NCBI GenBank assembly: GCA_965644295.1
Contig: CBFFRP010000408.1
Span: forward strand, 62,001-126,000
Reading direction: 5' to 3'
DNA: 64,000 nucleotides
Source of the DNA: Paraphysomonas bandaiensis
Taxonomy: Eukaryota > Protista > Chrysophyceae
Shown here: positions 24,373 to 37,812 of the stretch, one piece after another
Layout of the letters: each line of letters starts with the position of its first letter
Numbering within the stretch: position 1 is the stretch's first letter
Notes under the pieces: generated by a model
Seen by the model: only the letters and a program-made list of their open reading frames with translations
The model's database searches: none
What the model was told of the DNA's origin: nothing
Position numbers and translations under genes: made by a program

Positions 24373-26738
24373 GCGGTAACGAGTTTTGTGGTTAAGTCTT
24401 GCTCGCTTCCGCTACCTGCTACCATCTATCAAACGTTGCTCTGCGGCGCTGCGTCGTCATTCGGAACTAGACTCGCACCGTCATAATCTTTTTCTTCCTC
24501 GTCCGAGTTACGGCAGCGTTATAAATAATAGCAGCACTGTCGCCCAGATGACGCTCAACAATCAGTGCAGTAATAGGTAGTACTGCGGTACACGAGAGGG
24601 TGCATCGTCACGCATATCTTACATTTAGTAGTGTACAGATTTATTACATAACGTACTGTGTGTCCTCTGTCAGCTATTCAATGAGTTTAAGAACTTACCT
24701 TTACCTCAGTTCTTTTCACACATTGAAAAGTAAATTAGTTCACTCTTTCCTTGTGGTACGCTTGGTGTAGGCAGTTGGCAGACTTACTGTAGGTGGACAG
24801 CGTACTCTCGGTTAGGGAACACTATGAATGCTATCGTAATATATTATAAGTTGAAAACACGCCGAGGCAAGAAATTCTATGCTGTTAGACTTTTGCGATT
24901 ACATACAGCAGAGAAAAATCTTGTTCTTACCCGATCCCCTCATGACGGCGAGGAGGAAATTTTGACTACGCGTCATTGTTTCTCAAGTTTAAATCCCTCT
25001 TCATTGTACAACGTTCTACCATTTTTATCAAATGCAAGCTTGAATAATCCGTTGGTATACACATTCATATCGGCTTCGACATTGCGATCCAGATATAAAC
25101 GAGGACTAAGTGTAGTGTCAAGCCAATAATCCGTGCCAATGTTTCTAGTTTAGAGAATTCCGTGTTGGTGTCACATACACCCTTGAAGTAGGCTAGTTTA
25201 AAGAATTCCGTGTTGGTATCATACCTGCACTGACATACACCCTTGAAGTAGGCCCATGTGGTGACTCTTTTAATGATGCTGAACATAACCTTTTTGGTTC
25301 AGCGTAGCACATGTAATAACACGTATATCACGGTTTCTACCTGCTCATAAGCTTTTCCCGTTTTATAGACAAAACGTAGGAGCTACTCATCACCAGCAAG
25401 TGCAATTTATCCAAAGTCAAGTATCATGTGTACTATATTATTGAGAGATAACACTACGCAGTCTTCTTAGTTGTCAACAATGTCTTTATAATCTATAATT
25501 AGGGCAATGTTCGTGAGAAGTACAAGTGTGACAAACTTGGGTAATACGCTCAGGAGCGTTGAACTTCGCAGCTTATATATTGGAAAATGACTGGGAATGT
25601 CTGGAGCATATATAAATATATCAAAACGATAAGAATGGTCTTAACCACACTCATCATCACAGCAAAATAACGAACAACTGATACGAACGATGAAAAACAT
25701 AACATTTAATTTAGTAGATTTATACGTTTGACAGTACAGCATTAGATAACACTCGCAGTGACCCTTTCACCGGGCAATATAATGTACAGGTAACGCCATC
25801 TTACTTGTCTCATTCCTATACTTGACGATGTCTCCAAAACAGAGAAGGGCTGAGGTTGTTGAGACAAAAATATTTTAATTTACCTCGTTGAACACGGGCA
25901 ACCCATAGCCAAAGCTAAGTACTTTGATGCTGATGGGGCAACATGACCATGTGGTTTCGAGATACTAAATCTCAGGATAAGATATAGATGTTGAGAAACC
26001 CGATATCAATAATGCCAACCACCGAACGTGAGGTGGGTGGAACAATATTTATCACGCAGTTCTGTTATAACATCGAGATCTGATAGAATCGACGCACGTC
26101 TGCTAAACTGTAGGGTACTTCATCTATGGTAACTAAAAAATTTCACACTTTTCCGTATGTTATTAGTTAGTCACATTATCTCGTCAGGAACTTGATATTA
26201 TCAAGTAGAACATCAATATACCAGAAGAGCATCTCCCTATTTTTCTACCATTCTGTTGTATAGCTAATCTTCTGTTCTTCTATGGATGAGATATCTGATG
26301 TCTAGAGATGTGCAGTGTGGCTGCAGTGCCCTCATGTCCACAATACCATCACATCACTGCTCGTCATGATAAGAGCTAGCTGACTATTCCTTGTGTCCGT
26401 TACAATATGTATCAAAATAGTGAACACGGAATACGGGAATACATACCCTTCTACAACACTTCAACATCTGCTACTACGACGATGTGCTGCCAACAATAGA
26501 CACAGGCGAACATCACACAGCAACACTGTATGGGAAGGATGGTACTGTACACCGACCAGGTGCGTGTAGGTATACAGTACGGCCGTACCTTTACTACGGT
26601 TTTTAATGTGATGTGAGGCGTATCTTACTGCCAATACGAACACAAACAATCACCATATTAATGAACTGCTTTTGACTCCATGCAGCATATATCCACTACT
26701 CTCAGGCTTATGTGAGAGATACAATTATCGATAGGAGT

Positions 26739-28457
26739 ATGGGTATAAGTTGCTCAGTGGTTAGGTCGCGCAATATTGATTTGTCGAAGTTCACTTTCTC
26801 TCATACGATAGGTGAGCATGTGAATATAATGCCTACTGTACACACTCTTAAGATATATGTGAATATCTTGTGCGGTTATCTGTGTATTTATGATTGCTTG
26901 AGTTTCAGACGATATTAAACGTGTGTATATATATAAGTACAGGGGTTTGTATATATCCGTACATATGAATCTAAGCATATGTAGAGTACTATATATAGTT
27001 ATTAGTATCGTGGTATAGTAATTACTCTCATGTGGTATTATTGTATGATTAGTCTCTTATATTCTATCGTGATCGATGTGTCTGTATAGGTGAGGGTGGC
27101 AGTGCTAATGTCCACTGCGTGAAGTACATCCCCGATGAAAGTCTGCTGGTCCTTAAGGAGGTGAGCATTAAAGGGTCTCTGCAGAGGTCTGCAGATGCTC
27201 TTGATGGAGTGTGCGGAGAGCTCTCTCTTCTCAAGGCTGTTGGCTTCCACCCCTTCATTGTCGAGCTGCAATTCGCATTTCACGACAGCGTGTCGTGTTA
27301 TCTTGGGCTCGAGTACCTCAAAGGTGGAGACCTGCGCCACCATATGCTCAACTCTGTCCCTTTCACTGAGAGGAGAGTTGCATTCCTTGTGGCGTGTATT
27401 GGATCTGCACTGCACCATATGCACTGCCATAAGTTCATACACAGTACGTACTCGTCATTGTTAGTGAATAGTCCTAGTTAATTGCGTGTTTGACGTAGGG
27501 GACGTTAAACCCGAGAATATTATTCTAGATAGCCGTGGGTACCCTCGTCTGATAGACTTTGACATTGCATATTATACTGGTAACGAGCAGAACGGAGGAG
27601 CAGTGTGTTGCAAGCGAAGTGGGACGAAGCCGTATATGTCACCCGAATCCCTTGCTTCCTCTAGACGCCACTCGTACCCAACTGATATGTGGAGCCTTGG
27701 GGTTGTCGCTTTTGAGCTGCTTTTCAAACGCAAACCTTTTGAAAAACATGTACCACTCAAGTATATTGAGTATATCGAGGCAACCTATAGTGACTCGTGG
27801 TGGGAGCGTGCTGCCAAGGAAGTCCGGCGCCACAGGGGATCGGAAGCCAGTATATCTCCTGTCTCAGTATCTCGCTCCGCCAGCTGCTCTCCTCCTATTT
27901 CGAGACGAAAAAGTATACCCTTGACACCCAAGATAAGTAGCGGACTTCCTCCACCTTCTCACCTGATACCACCTTTGCCGCGCAATACAAGCACTGGAGA
28001 ATGCCTCACTCCAGAGGCTGCGGATATGATAAAGGGGTTGCTGGATGTACGCATTCCTGTTCGACTCGGTGCAGGAGATACGTATGAAGCCTTCCGGAAT
28101 CACCCGTGGCTGCGCAAGAATGATTGTAGGGTAGACTCATCGCTGCTATTCAAGCGAGGGAAAGCGCCGTACGTTCCACCCACTGAGGGAATATATTCTG
28201 CTTCGGGCAAGCAGGGAAAACGTGGGCACTACTCTCTCACGTCATCTTCTCGAAATGCGAAGGAGCGTTTCGAGACTGCCTGTAAGATCGCTTCCTCTCC
28301 TGCAAGGCGGAGAAGGCAACATAGCGGTGGATTTACGAAAGAGGTAGAGGCTAAGTTGCAGAGATACTACTTCCAACCTATAAACCGAATAGCTCGGCGG
28401 CCCTCAGACCTTTCCTTAGCTGATAGAACCTCTCATGTCCTCACTGAGGATACGTGA
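26739..28457 (+). CDS. Ser/Thr protein kinase, AGC group, STK32/YANK-like; 3 exons
   Basis: MGISCS start (myristoylation-type), spliced IGEGGSA, VLKE, LKGGDLRHHM, spliced HRDVKPEN, IDFDIA, GTKPYMSPE and DMWSLGV. Confidence 0.88.
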
Positions 28458-29077
28458 TCCGAAATCTATGGGCGGTATTATTCTATTGGGCCTTTCCATC
28501 TGTGATTACTTCGTGTGTTTGTGTAACTTCTTTGTAAGAGGCGTTTTCATTGCATCGCTATTATGCATTAGTTTTGTTAGTGGGGAATGTTTACGTTGTT
28601 CCAAACGTTGTCCTTGCAGAGATGGTCGACAGTTCCTACTCCCTCCTGTGAAAGCGCCTCAGCGTATGTTACCTAATAGATAGAGTCTGAAAACGATTAC
28701 AGTGTGCAGGCTTCCTCTTGTCGCGTGATGAGTTATACTCTTTGTTGTTATCATGATAATACTTGTGTATGTAGTATGTAGCATAGTTTCCAGTAGCGGT
28801 CCGATATTGTTGAAGTTGTTTTTATTCTATTACCATGACATCATGGGCAGAATATTGAAGAGTAAAGAACAAGCTTGCCTTATTCATTGTCAGTGACGCC
28901 CTTTTATGAATGATGCTAATGTTGTTGCTACAACAATTATGAAATATTCATCACAGTGTATAAATATTTTCAGTCATTTAAGCCCATTTATGAGGACAAT
29001 AAAAAAGAAGGTAGATAAAAGTAGAAAATCCATATATATCTTCATATGCCTAATGATAAAACATAGGTACGAATAGT

Positions 29078-29870
29078 AGTGAATGTCTGATTAGTAGCAA
29101 TATGCGTGTAAGAGAAGAATTAATGTAGCAAAACAATTTAACTGACTAGTGCTTAACTCTGATATATCGTACTATTTAGCGCTACGAACGCTGCTTGTGA
29201 GTCACCGCAAGCACCAACAAAGTGCAACCGATATCGGATTTCGTATCAAACTGTGAACTACATGAGAAGTATTAACTTAACAACTGTAAGGTAAACGTAC
29301 ACTCAATGCAGAGAACTCAATATACTCACAATCTCGTATTATTCTCCAATTTCATGTTGTCTCTACTACCACTCGTTTTTCGTGTGATCCTACTTCGTCA
29401 CTACAACTTGCATCATCACTACATTATTCTGTTCTACTACTATATATATACCTATCGTTGTTCATTCTCACCGTACGATTTATAAGAGTACAACTGTATA
29501 TTATTACTGTAATATAAATACCTTACAACTACAGCTTTCAATTGCTCTCATATATAGCAGAACTCAACAATTCGCTCTCTGTCCTTAAGCTGAACAGCCA
29601 GGATGGTTGACATCAGCAGACAGCCCAATACTCCGGATTCCTTTGCGGTGGCCCATTCCCGGATGCCAAAGACCCAAAGACTTATATTAGTGCCCCCTTT
29701 GTACCACACAAGCATTTGGCTATATGAATGGGCAGAACAATATCTGCTGACGATGTAAGCTGCTCACGTTAGTTTCACGGAGAAATATCTCCGGTACTTA
29801 ACCCCCAGAATACCACGAAAAGGTGCGAGTCCGACTGCATTGAGGGATCATTGTAAATTATTGCTACATC
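29078..29870 (-). mobile_element. SINE-like element (C+B) split by a ~340-bp AT-rich insertion at 29231-29570
   Basis: 29571-29846 is the reverse complement of head C. 29078-29230 is tail B and resumes the same register. Confidence 0.7.
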
Positions 29871-29954
29871 AATAGACTTTAATCTTTAATACACAGCCAA
29901 AATCAACAATTTACAATCTACACAACAGTCAAAATCTAATACAGTCATACTAAT

Positions 29955-30510
29955 TGATTATATCCCCATTTTGGTTTACAGAAGATGTGACATGAATTAG
30001 GTTCAATAGACATTCAAATTTAATATCCGGTGTAAATAGACTCTATCTTCAATCTTTATCATGATAATATATATTTTGACTGTCAATGTGATATGTTGTT
30101 ATCATAATACATATTTTAGGTAAAATACAATGATGAGTGAGCTTTCAAAATTAAATCAAGTTATATATTCCATCCTCTTTCGTCTGGTGTGGAAGATTAT
30201 AATGATGTATGTCAGTTAAAGTGATCTGTTTTTATATATATAACGACATCGCAATAGTACTACAAGTACTTTACTGGAGAGTTCTAATTCCACATCTGAT
30301 GCTGAAGAAGGTGGTTTGGAGCAGTCATCCAGCCCTTTCAGGATTAGGGTCGAGTCGTTCTTTTTTCAGGATTGTATGTTTCATATCATACACACAGAAT
30401 TCGAGTAGTGGTTTAATGTGATATACAAAAATGTGATGATGGTTCCAACAACGACAACAAGAAGAATCCTCGTGCGACTACATTTTCTCACTTTTATCAT
30501 CTCACTTAAG
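29955..30510. mobile_element. Family D copy, inverted relative to 14945-15820
   Basis: Shared blocks such as TCCCCATTTTG, TAGACATTCAA, TATATTCCATCCT and CATATCATACACA. Confidence 0.55.
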
Positions 30511-31018
30511 AACGACCTCTTACAATGCCTCCAGAATCCTTCTGTAGTAGGGGTACATTTTTGTTATAGCTATTATTGAAATTTGGGTGTTGGATTACGT
30601 ATGTTTCTCTAAGATAGTACTGTAGAATACGTTAAATGCAATGTGAAAAAATTATACGTGTAGTCAAAGATACTATATAGCTATAACTGTGAAACTGAAG
30701 TATTGTATCATGACAACACACAATTGTGTACACAATATAATAAAAGAGTCTATCTAGTTTGATTACAGTAAACTTCTCTTAGCGATCTTAATTGTGTGAA
30801 AATGACTAATACTCAATATTGGGGATTTATTGTTTTAAGTTAATCTAGTATATAATTGCCATTCCCTATAAGATTGTGTATAGTATATATACACTACTAA
30901 TTTGAAACAACAATTCTTTTATGTTTTTATTTGTTTTCTTAATGTTAATCAGGGAGCACTTGATTAAATTTCTCTAACGGCAAGCAACAAGCTACGAGAC
31001 CTACTATACATTCTTGAG

Positions 31019-31502
31019 CCCTCAACAAAGTCGGACTCGCACCTTTTCGTGGTATTCTGGGGGTTAAGTACCGGAGATATTTCTCCGTGAAACTAACGTG
31101 AGCAGCTTACATTGTCAGCAGATACTGTTCTGCCCACTCATAGCCGAATGCTTGTGTGATACACGGGACACCAATAAGTGTCACTTGTGTAGACGTCTTT
31201 GGGCCCTGACGAATAAACAGGCATCCGGAAATGGGCCCACCTCAAGAGCATCCGGGACAGGGCCCACCTCAAGGGTAACTGGGGTATTGGGCTGCCTGCT
31301 GAAGTCAAGCATCCGGGATGTTCACCTTAAGAACTCAGAGCGAAAGTGGTCGCACCTTGGTGCTTGCGTAGCGTTAAATAGTAGGATAAAAGAGTGTGTA
31401 CTGATTAGTTACAGGTAGAGGTCTAACTAGTTTGTCTAGCATTTATCTAGCTACTAAGTTGGTGCAGGCTTTTAACGCCTATTGCTAATAATAAGACTTT
31501 CA
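31019..31502 (+). mobile_element. Best-preserved SINE-like element (HDV-ribozyme-like head C + LINE tail B)
   Basis: Contiguous head and tail, homologous to copies at 16497, 29078 and 38228. Internal duplication GCATCCGG...GGGCCCACCTCAAG occurs twice. Confidence 0.75.
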
Positions 31503-32185
31503 ATATAAATTCTAGATATTTTAGATTTTCGACAATTGCGAGCTCTAAAGAATGCTAGTTTTACAGTAATCAAACAAGATACCAGCAGGAGGGACTCCAC
31601 ATTTGTTAAGATTGACCGCTATTTGCTTCTATCTGGAAACTTGTTGCTATAGTATCATGCGGATTGGTTCTGCCGTGTTAAGTCTAGTTCCAAGTGAAAT
31701 GGAGCAATAACTGGATGACTTGAAAATTCTATGTGTGTGTGCATAGGAAGGTGAACACACATTATTCATAACGCTGTTTCGAAAAGGCAGTCGTGTGATT
31801 CAAGGTGGCAACAAAGCCTCACTCGCCCGGACGATAAAAGGATCGAATTTATATATCATTGCCTTTGGGATGACGAACTAATGTATAGCTACTCGAGAAC
31901 GTAGTATCAATTAAATTACAATTAATTGGGACTGCAAGTAATAATTACAATTATAGTTGACTACATCCTGCGTCAATTAATTGTTACGCAACTGGTTGCT
32001 ACATACTGAAGGCAACCGAGCTAATTTCTCATAGCATAATTACTGTACTTCGAAAGGCGAAGGGTGTTCAACCAACGAAAAGATTATTAGTGTCCAATGC
32101 TAAATACTCAATAGCACAGGCAGATTGTACAGGACCTGCTAAAAGAAATGCAGTGATTCACGGAATCTGCTATCACAAGAATTGA

Positions 32186-34087
32186 CTATGAATTGGAAGA
32201 GGCAGATAAAGCTTCTGACTTCAATCGACTTCCTTCCTTGATACGAGCGTGTCTTCCTACGTAACACTCATTCAAGTTGCAGTTGCTCTCTATCACTGTT
32301 CCTTCACTGATGACACAATTCTGAATTGTGCAGCTGAAACGATACCACAAAAATATAAGACAAGTACACAAGTTGATAGGTTCTCTGACCTGTCCCCAAT
32401 CTCAACGTTGCTCATGACGACACAGTTATTGATCTTGGACTTAGTTCCGATGATACACCCTTTGCCTACGGAGCACTGCTTGATAGTGACCTTCTCGCCC
32501 AGAGTGCAATCATCGCCCATTACGCTTTGCTCTTTCTTTAGAAAACGATCGGTGGGCCTCAAAGACACACAGCTAAGAGGTTGGGAAGATGATGTGGAAA
32601 CTACGCGAGAGGGAAATTCTCTGCGACGGTCACAGTGAGAACAGAACACGTGGAAATCACATTATAGCAAACAAAAAATCGTACCGATTCATGGCCATAT
32701 AAGTCTGAATGGTGGTAATGTTCTGGCACAATGGTCGGGACACAGTGACAGGAGCATTTACAGATGGTCCTTCCACAACAACCGCATAACACCGCAGAAA
32801 ATCTCCGTCGGATACCTGTGCGACATCATCTCCCTTTACGGCATAGTCAGACAGCTCCCCAGCCGAATTACGGGCGGAAGATATGGTAGGGATATGATCG
32901 GTTGGTACCGTGGACCGCATAGACACAAGCCACTGTTCCATCTCCTAAACAGATAACACGAACTCGTCAGATAACACGCAGCGCGAGCTTAGGCACCAAA
33001 CAGGCACTCTTACATGTAGTGGACGCTTCCTATGTCGCAACCCTATGTCCATCATATAATCGAAAAGCCAAGTGACCTTTAGTACTATGCTTACCTGGAA
33101 GTGAGTCGAACAAAGTCGAGGCCGGTTGGCCCTGCCTGGCCACTAGATAAGGAATAAGGTCGGATCGAAAAGTTGATAGTTTTTTGTTAGCAACCAATAG
33201 CTCCACCACCCTAAATCATTACGAAGCCATCAATCTCCTATATTGTTTTACACGCATCCACACTTAGGACCTACCAATGGGACATGACGTAGATCCCCAC
33301 GTCATTCAGGTCAGCCCGCAAAGACACCCCCCCAGTACTGGCATATCGTGTGAGCATACGCTTTGACAGCGGCATGTATCCTTCTTCAAGCTCCAATGCA
33401 GGAGTCTTTACTACCACTCTGCCATCGTCGCACATTACGATATACTCCTGGTCTTCTTGTTCAACCTTTAGACTTTGCGGACCACTCTTCTTGTCGTGCT
33501 CCTCTATCGGCACAGTGGCCAACAGCATGGTTACATCAGCGGACTTAAGGCGATGCATTGACGTCAACTCTCCCAAATTAATTTCCGAAATGGTATCAGA
33601 GTTGAAAACAATAAAATCTCCTCGAATTTTGTCAGCCACAGCTCGTATGGCATCAGCAGAGCCAAGCATCTCCGCGACCGCCACGATTTCCACTTGCAGC
33701 TCATCGGAGAATTCGGATATGAATTGGGACAGAGGCTGATGGAAATACTCTGGCGTGACTATAAATATATCTATAGCCACGTCTCCAATTAGGGCATATA
33801 AATATACACATAAATAAACTGTACATGTATGTATAGACAGATACACAATATATATTCAGTTCGATGGGTGTCATATGTAAAATTCCATCCACCGCCATCA
33901 GCATGACATCACCTGTAGCTCCACTCATCTTGAGGGTATTCAGCTGCAGAGAGAGCAGCGGCGTGTTGCCCACAGGCAGCAGACACACGGGCCCCTCTTC
34001 TGTCAGGGGGAACAGCCGGCCATCATCGTAGTTTACGGAGATAATGGCTTGGTAGGTGGGGGGATGCTTGTCGACAAAAGAGTCCAT
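32186..34087 (-). CDS. EIF2B3: Translation initiation factor eIF-2B subunit gamma; multi-exon
   Basis: N-terminal nucleotidyltransferase-like domain (GRLFPLTEEGPVCLLPVGNTPLL, GSADAIR, DFIVFNSD, DLIPYLV) and C-terminal hexapeptide LbH repeats (KQCSVGKGCIIG, INNCVVMSNVEIG). Confidence 0.85.
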
Positions 34088-34728
34088 GGTATGTATCCTA
34101 CGCTATTCTATTCTATTCTACGCTATGCTAATAGTGTAGTGAAGCACTTACAGAACCTCCATATTTCTCTTACAGCAATTCACACAGTGCGACAAATGTG
34201 TGAAGACTTGTTTTTTGCAATATCTCCTCCAACAGATTTAACCACAGCTTCCGGCTCCATATACAAAATAGCGGGATTTTAGAAGAAAAACTGTATTTTA
34301 GGGTGAGGTGGAAGTTCACAGTGTCGTTTGATCTGTAGTATCCGCCGTATTCTCCTGCCACATACCACTGAATCTGAATGAATAAATTGTCCTATCAAAA
34401 TATATTAGATTGATGCCATTGGATTATATCTGGCACCCTCAAGCACCTACGACCTTTCAAGGTGTGAGGTGATGATGATCCATACTCTCCTCATTTTTTT
34501 TGAAGTGGACAAAAGCAATGCCCAATTTGTACATCTCTACGCACAAAGGTATAGGCATGGTATACCGTATAACTATAGAACTATACAACCGTGTATGCTG
34601 GCTATGCATGATGATTTCATCACTAAATGAATGCAACTACAGCGTGTCTTATACACCGTTCAAGTCATATATGAACGATCATCCTTTCCCTAGATAGATA
34701 TCCTAAACTTGCCACTCAGATAGATAGC

Positions 34729-37326
34729 ATGTCAGGGGGTGGTATTCCGTATCATGAGGTCATCATGCTGGCCATCTTCTTCATGTGTCAGTGGTATGCA
34801 GCTCGACTTTTCTCTATACTGAAATTACCCACTATACCGGTCGAAATAGGAGTAGGTTTACTCTTCGGGCCCCATGGACTGGATTTAATACCTGCGTTCA
34901 GCCACGACTACTCCCCACTGCAGCTGCTGGGGTTCATAGGGGTGGGTTTAGTGATTTTTGAGTCGGGAATGCATATGGATACTAGCAAAGGTATGAATAT
35001 GTTGTCATAGCACGTCACTGTATGTGAGATCTTTAGCATTACTCATCCCTCTTATCTTCTGTCGTAGTTGCTAATTGGGATATTGGTTCAAATGTGGTCA
35101 TCACAGCGGTGCTTGGCACGGCCATGCCCATCTGCCTAGGCATGCTATTTATGTACGCCTTAGGCTCTGATGTCTACCCGGTTAGTAGATTAGCTGTTTC
35201 AGTACTTATGAATTGATGTGCAATTCTTTCTGTAGGGTGGACTGGCGGCAGGGTTCTCTTTAGCGCCAACATCTGTTGGAATCAGTCTGACAATGCTCTC
35301 ACGCGCGAAGCAGCTCAATACACGTTGTGGTCAAATTATTATGTCAGCGGCATTCTTAGATGACATTTTCTCCATCATCTGCCTCGTTGTGATGGTAAAT
35401 TTGGCTGGTGGGGACTTAGATATTGTGATGCACGTCATCGTACCGCTCATTTGCGCATTTGGATTTGTGATTCTGGCAGGGATACTTAGTGTTTTTTTAC
35501 CTGATATGTCTGTGGCACTGCTTGACACGACATATCTTCAATGTCTGGGAGTAGACACTCGCTCTATGACGCTCAAAGACGAGCTCCACATGTTCTACAT
35601 GATCGGGCTCTATCTTCTTCTGTCTTGGGTTGGTCATGTTATTGGGTCTGCTTTGTTAGGCGCGTTTGCTGCTGGTATGCTGTTTTCACAGGTGCCTAGA
35701 TCGCACTTAGTGTGGGACCGGCAGTTCAAACGTATTGTTCGGTGGCTCATTAGACTATTCTTCTCGTGCACAGTGGCCTTTTCTATCAATATCAGTGATC
35801 TTTTCACTGCAGAGGCGTTTTGGAAGGGCCTTGTCCTCGCATCGGTTCCTTGTCTTGGTGCTAAACTCGTGTGTGGCGCTTTTGTAGGCGCAGAGAGGTG
35901 GGTTATCGGTGTTGCTATGATGGCTCGCGGGGAATTTGCCTATCTAGTGGCTGAGGAGGCACACTCTCTTGAAATGCTTGAGGATAATGAGTATGCGGTT
36001 GTCGTCTGGGCTCTGCTCTGGGCCACCCTCATTGCTCCTATGGCTTTCGGCAAGACCCTAAAAGCCTACACGTTCTTCCAATTTGAGAAAGAAGGACAAC
36101 AAAGGTCGAGCATGATTGGAGGAAATGCACTATCTGGTGAATCTTCATTTGTAATTCGCTATTTTGGCCTCCATCACGTGGGGTTAGTTCGAGAAGTATG
36201 CGAGTCTCTACACAAGGCAGGTTTTGATGTAAAAAAATGTATAACTGAAAAGAGCGGACGGTACGGCATGGGTACCTTCATGGTGTATCCGCGGGAGGCT
36301 CTCCTGTATTCCACTGACGATGAGGTCGCCCCTGGTTCGTTGTCCCTTTCCCACAGGAAGATGATGAAATACCAAATGTGCACTGACCTTACCGACGAGA
36401 AGCTAACGGAGATTATGCACACACTCAAAGAGTGTATCAATGACGACACCGCGCAGATCAGCTTCGAGCCCATGGACAAAGGGGCTTTGCGCGTGGCGGA
36501 GATCCAAATCGTGGGAGATGATCATACACAGTTCCTGAACGACATCGCCTTCAAGATAATCCAGGAGTGGGGATACAACATCATTCGCACAGTGATTGAT
36601 GATCACACCGAGGGTGTGGTAAAAACTGGAAGTAAGGAGGGGTATAGCGTGTTGTATTGCACCAAGAAGCACTTACAGGGAGAAGACGGACCTATCAGCA
36701 TAGTACCTACTTCGTCTGATTCAGAGAATACTGACGTGACCGTGCAAGCTCCACGTGGTAACTCTGTCGCCAAAGCAATTGCCCGAGAGACCAGTAATTA
36801 CTTCGATTTCAAGTTGCCGGAAGTCTCTGAAGAAGATGCGAAACAACTCAAAGTCCAAATTCTTTCTTTCATTCGCTCTCAGGATAGTAACTCGAAGTGT
36901 GATGTACTTATTCAACGAATTCACGAGGATGCTGTGATCCTTCCCCCCGAAAAGATCCAAAAGGCCGATGCACCCGGAGAGGGTATCTCGGCGAGCCGTA
37001 CCACCTCATTTAAAGAAATGGACCTCCAGAACAGCGGAATATCTATTCCATCTCGACTGAGTGCTTCTAAAATCGATATTGGAAATAATATCACGATTCC
37101 AACTCGCCTGAGCGCGTCGAGAATTGACCTCGGAAACAATATCACGATGCCCACCCGCCTGAGCGCCTCCAAGATCGACATATCTGGTTTACAAATGGGC
37201 CAACTCTCTCTTCCTCATATTGCATTGAAAGAGGAAGATGAAGACGCAGAGAGAGACGAGGAACACCAGGGTAATGGTAGTTACGGTAATGTGACTCAAA
37301 AAAATGAGTCCATTAGCCTGGTTTAA
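34729..37326 (+). CDS. CPA2-type cation/H+ antiporter with C-terminal ACT-like domains; 3 exons
   Basis: EIGVGLLFGP, FESGMH, LAPTSVGIS, AAFLDD, GAFAAG and MMARGEF motifs; GLHHVGLVREVCESLHKAGFDV is ACT-like. Confidence 0.9.
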
Positions 37327-37632
37327 ACGCCTTAAACCGAATGTTTTCGTTACTTTAACGTAAAAGAGAGTGCTAAAATGATGACTCCAAGACAATGTTT
37401 GTGTGCACCAGAGAAATGTGTGATATACTGAACAGACCAACAAGTCTGATTTTCACTATAATGGCAATGCTTAAATATGCAATGGAATACGTAATAACAA
37501 TAATACTGTTTGAACAATGATGATAAAGACCTCGATATCAGATTGAGAAGATAATTGCCCCATTGTTACATAGCTAAGCGTAGTGGTGAAGGTAGCTATA
37601 TGCGTATGCAATGTATCCAAAATTAGGCTATA

Positions 37633-37812
37633 TTAAAAGTCTTGTTATTTGGCAATAGGCGTTAAATACCTGCACCAAAATAGTGGCTAGTTGAATGCTA
37701 GACATACTAGTTAGACCGCTGCCCATAACTACTCAGCACAAATTCTATTATCCTACTATTTAACGCTGCAGAAGCTGCTTGTGCGTCGCCGCAAGCACCA
37801 AGGTCGTGCGAC
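37633..37812 (-). mobile_element. Isolated family-B tail
   Basis: Reverse complement of 31345-31502. Confidence 0.7.

Noticed and set aside
25145-25253. Short direct repeat resembling a CRISPR unit
   Set aside because: Only two imperfect units with no spacer pattern, in a eukaryotic context; it is a simple local duplication.
25500-26450. Possible second Copia remnant on the minus strand
   Set aside because: Only vague motif echoes; not supportable without a translated search.
27553-27564. DFD instead of DFG in the kinase as a sign of a pseudokinase
   Set aside because: The catalytic Lys, HRD and the DF Asp are intact, and STK32/YANK kinases naturally deviate here (DFN).
29231-29570. Insertion in the SINE-like copy as a solo LTR
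   Set aside because: It ends near CAACA, but I found no matching TG start, TSD or second copy.
31200-31240. CTGACGA...GAAA as a hammerhead ribozyme
   Set aside because: No stem II can form between the motifs, and the 16686 copy reads TTGACGA.
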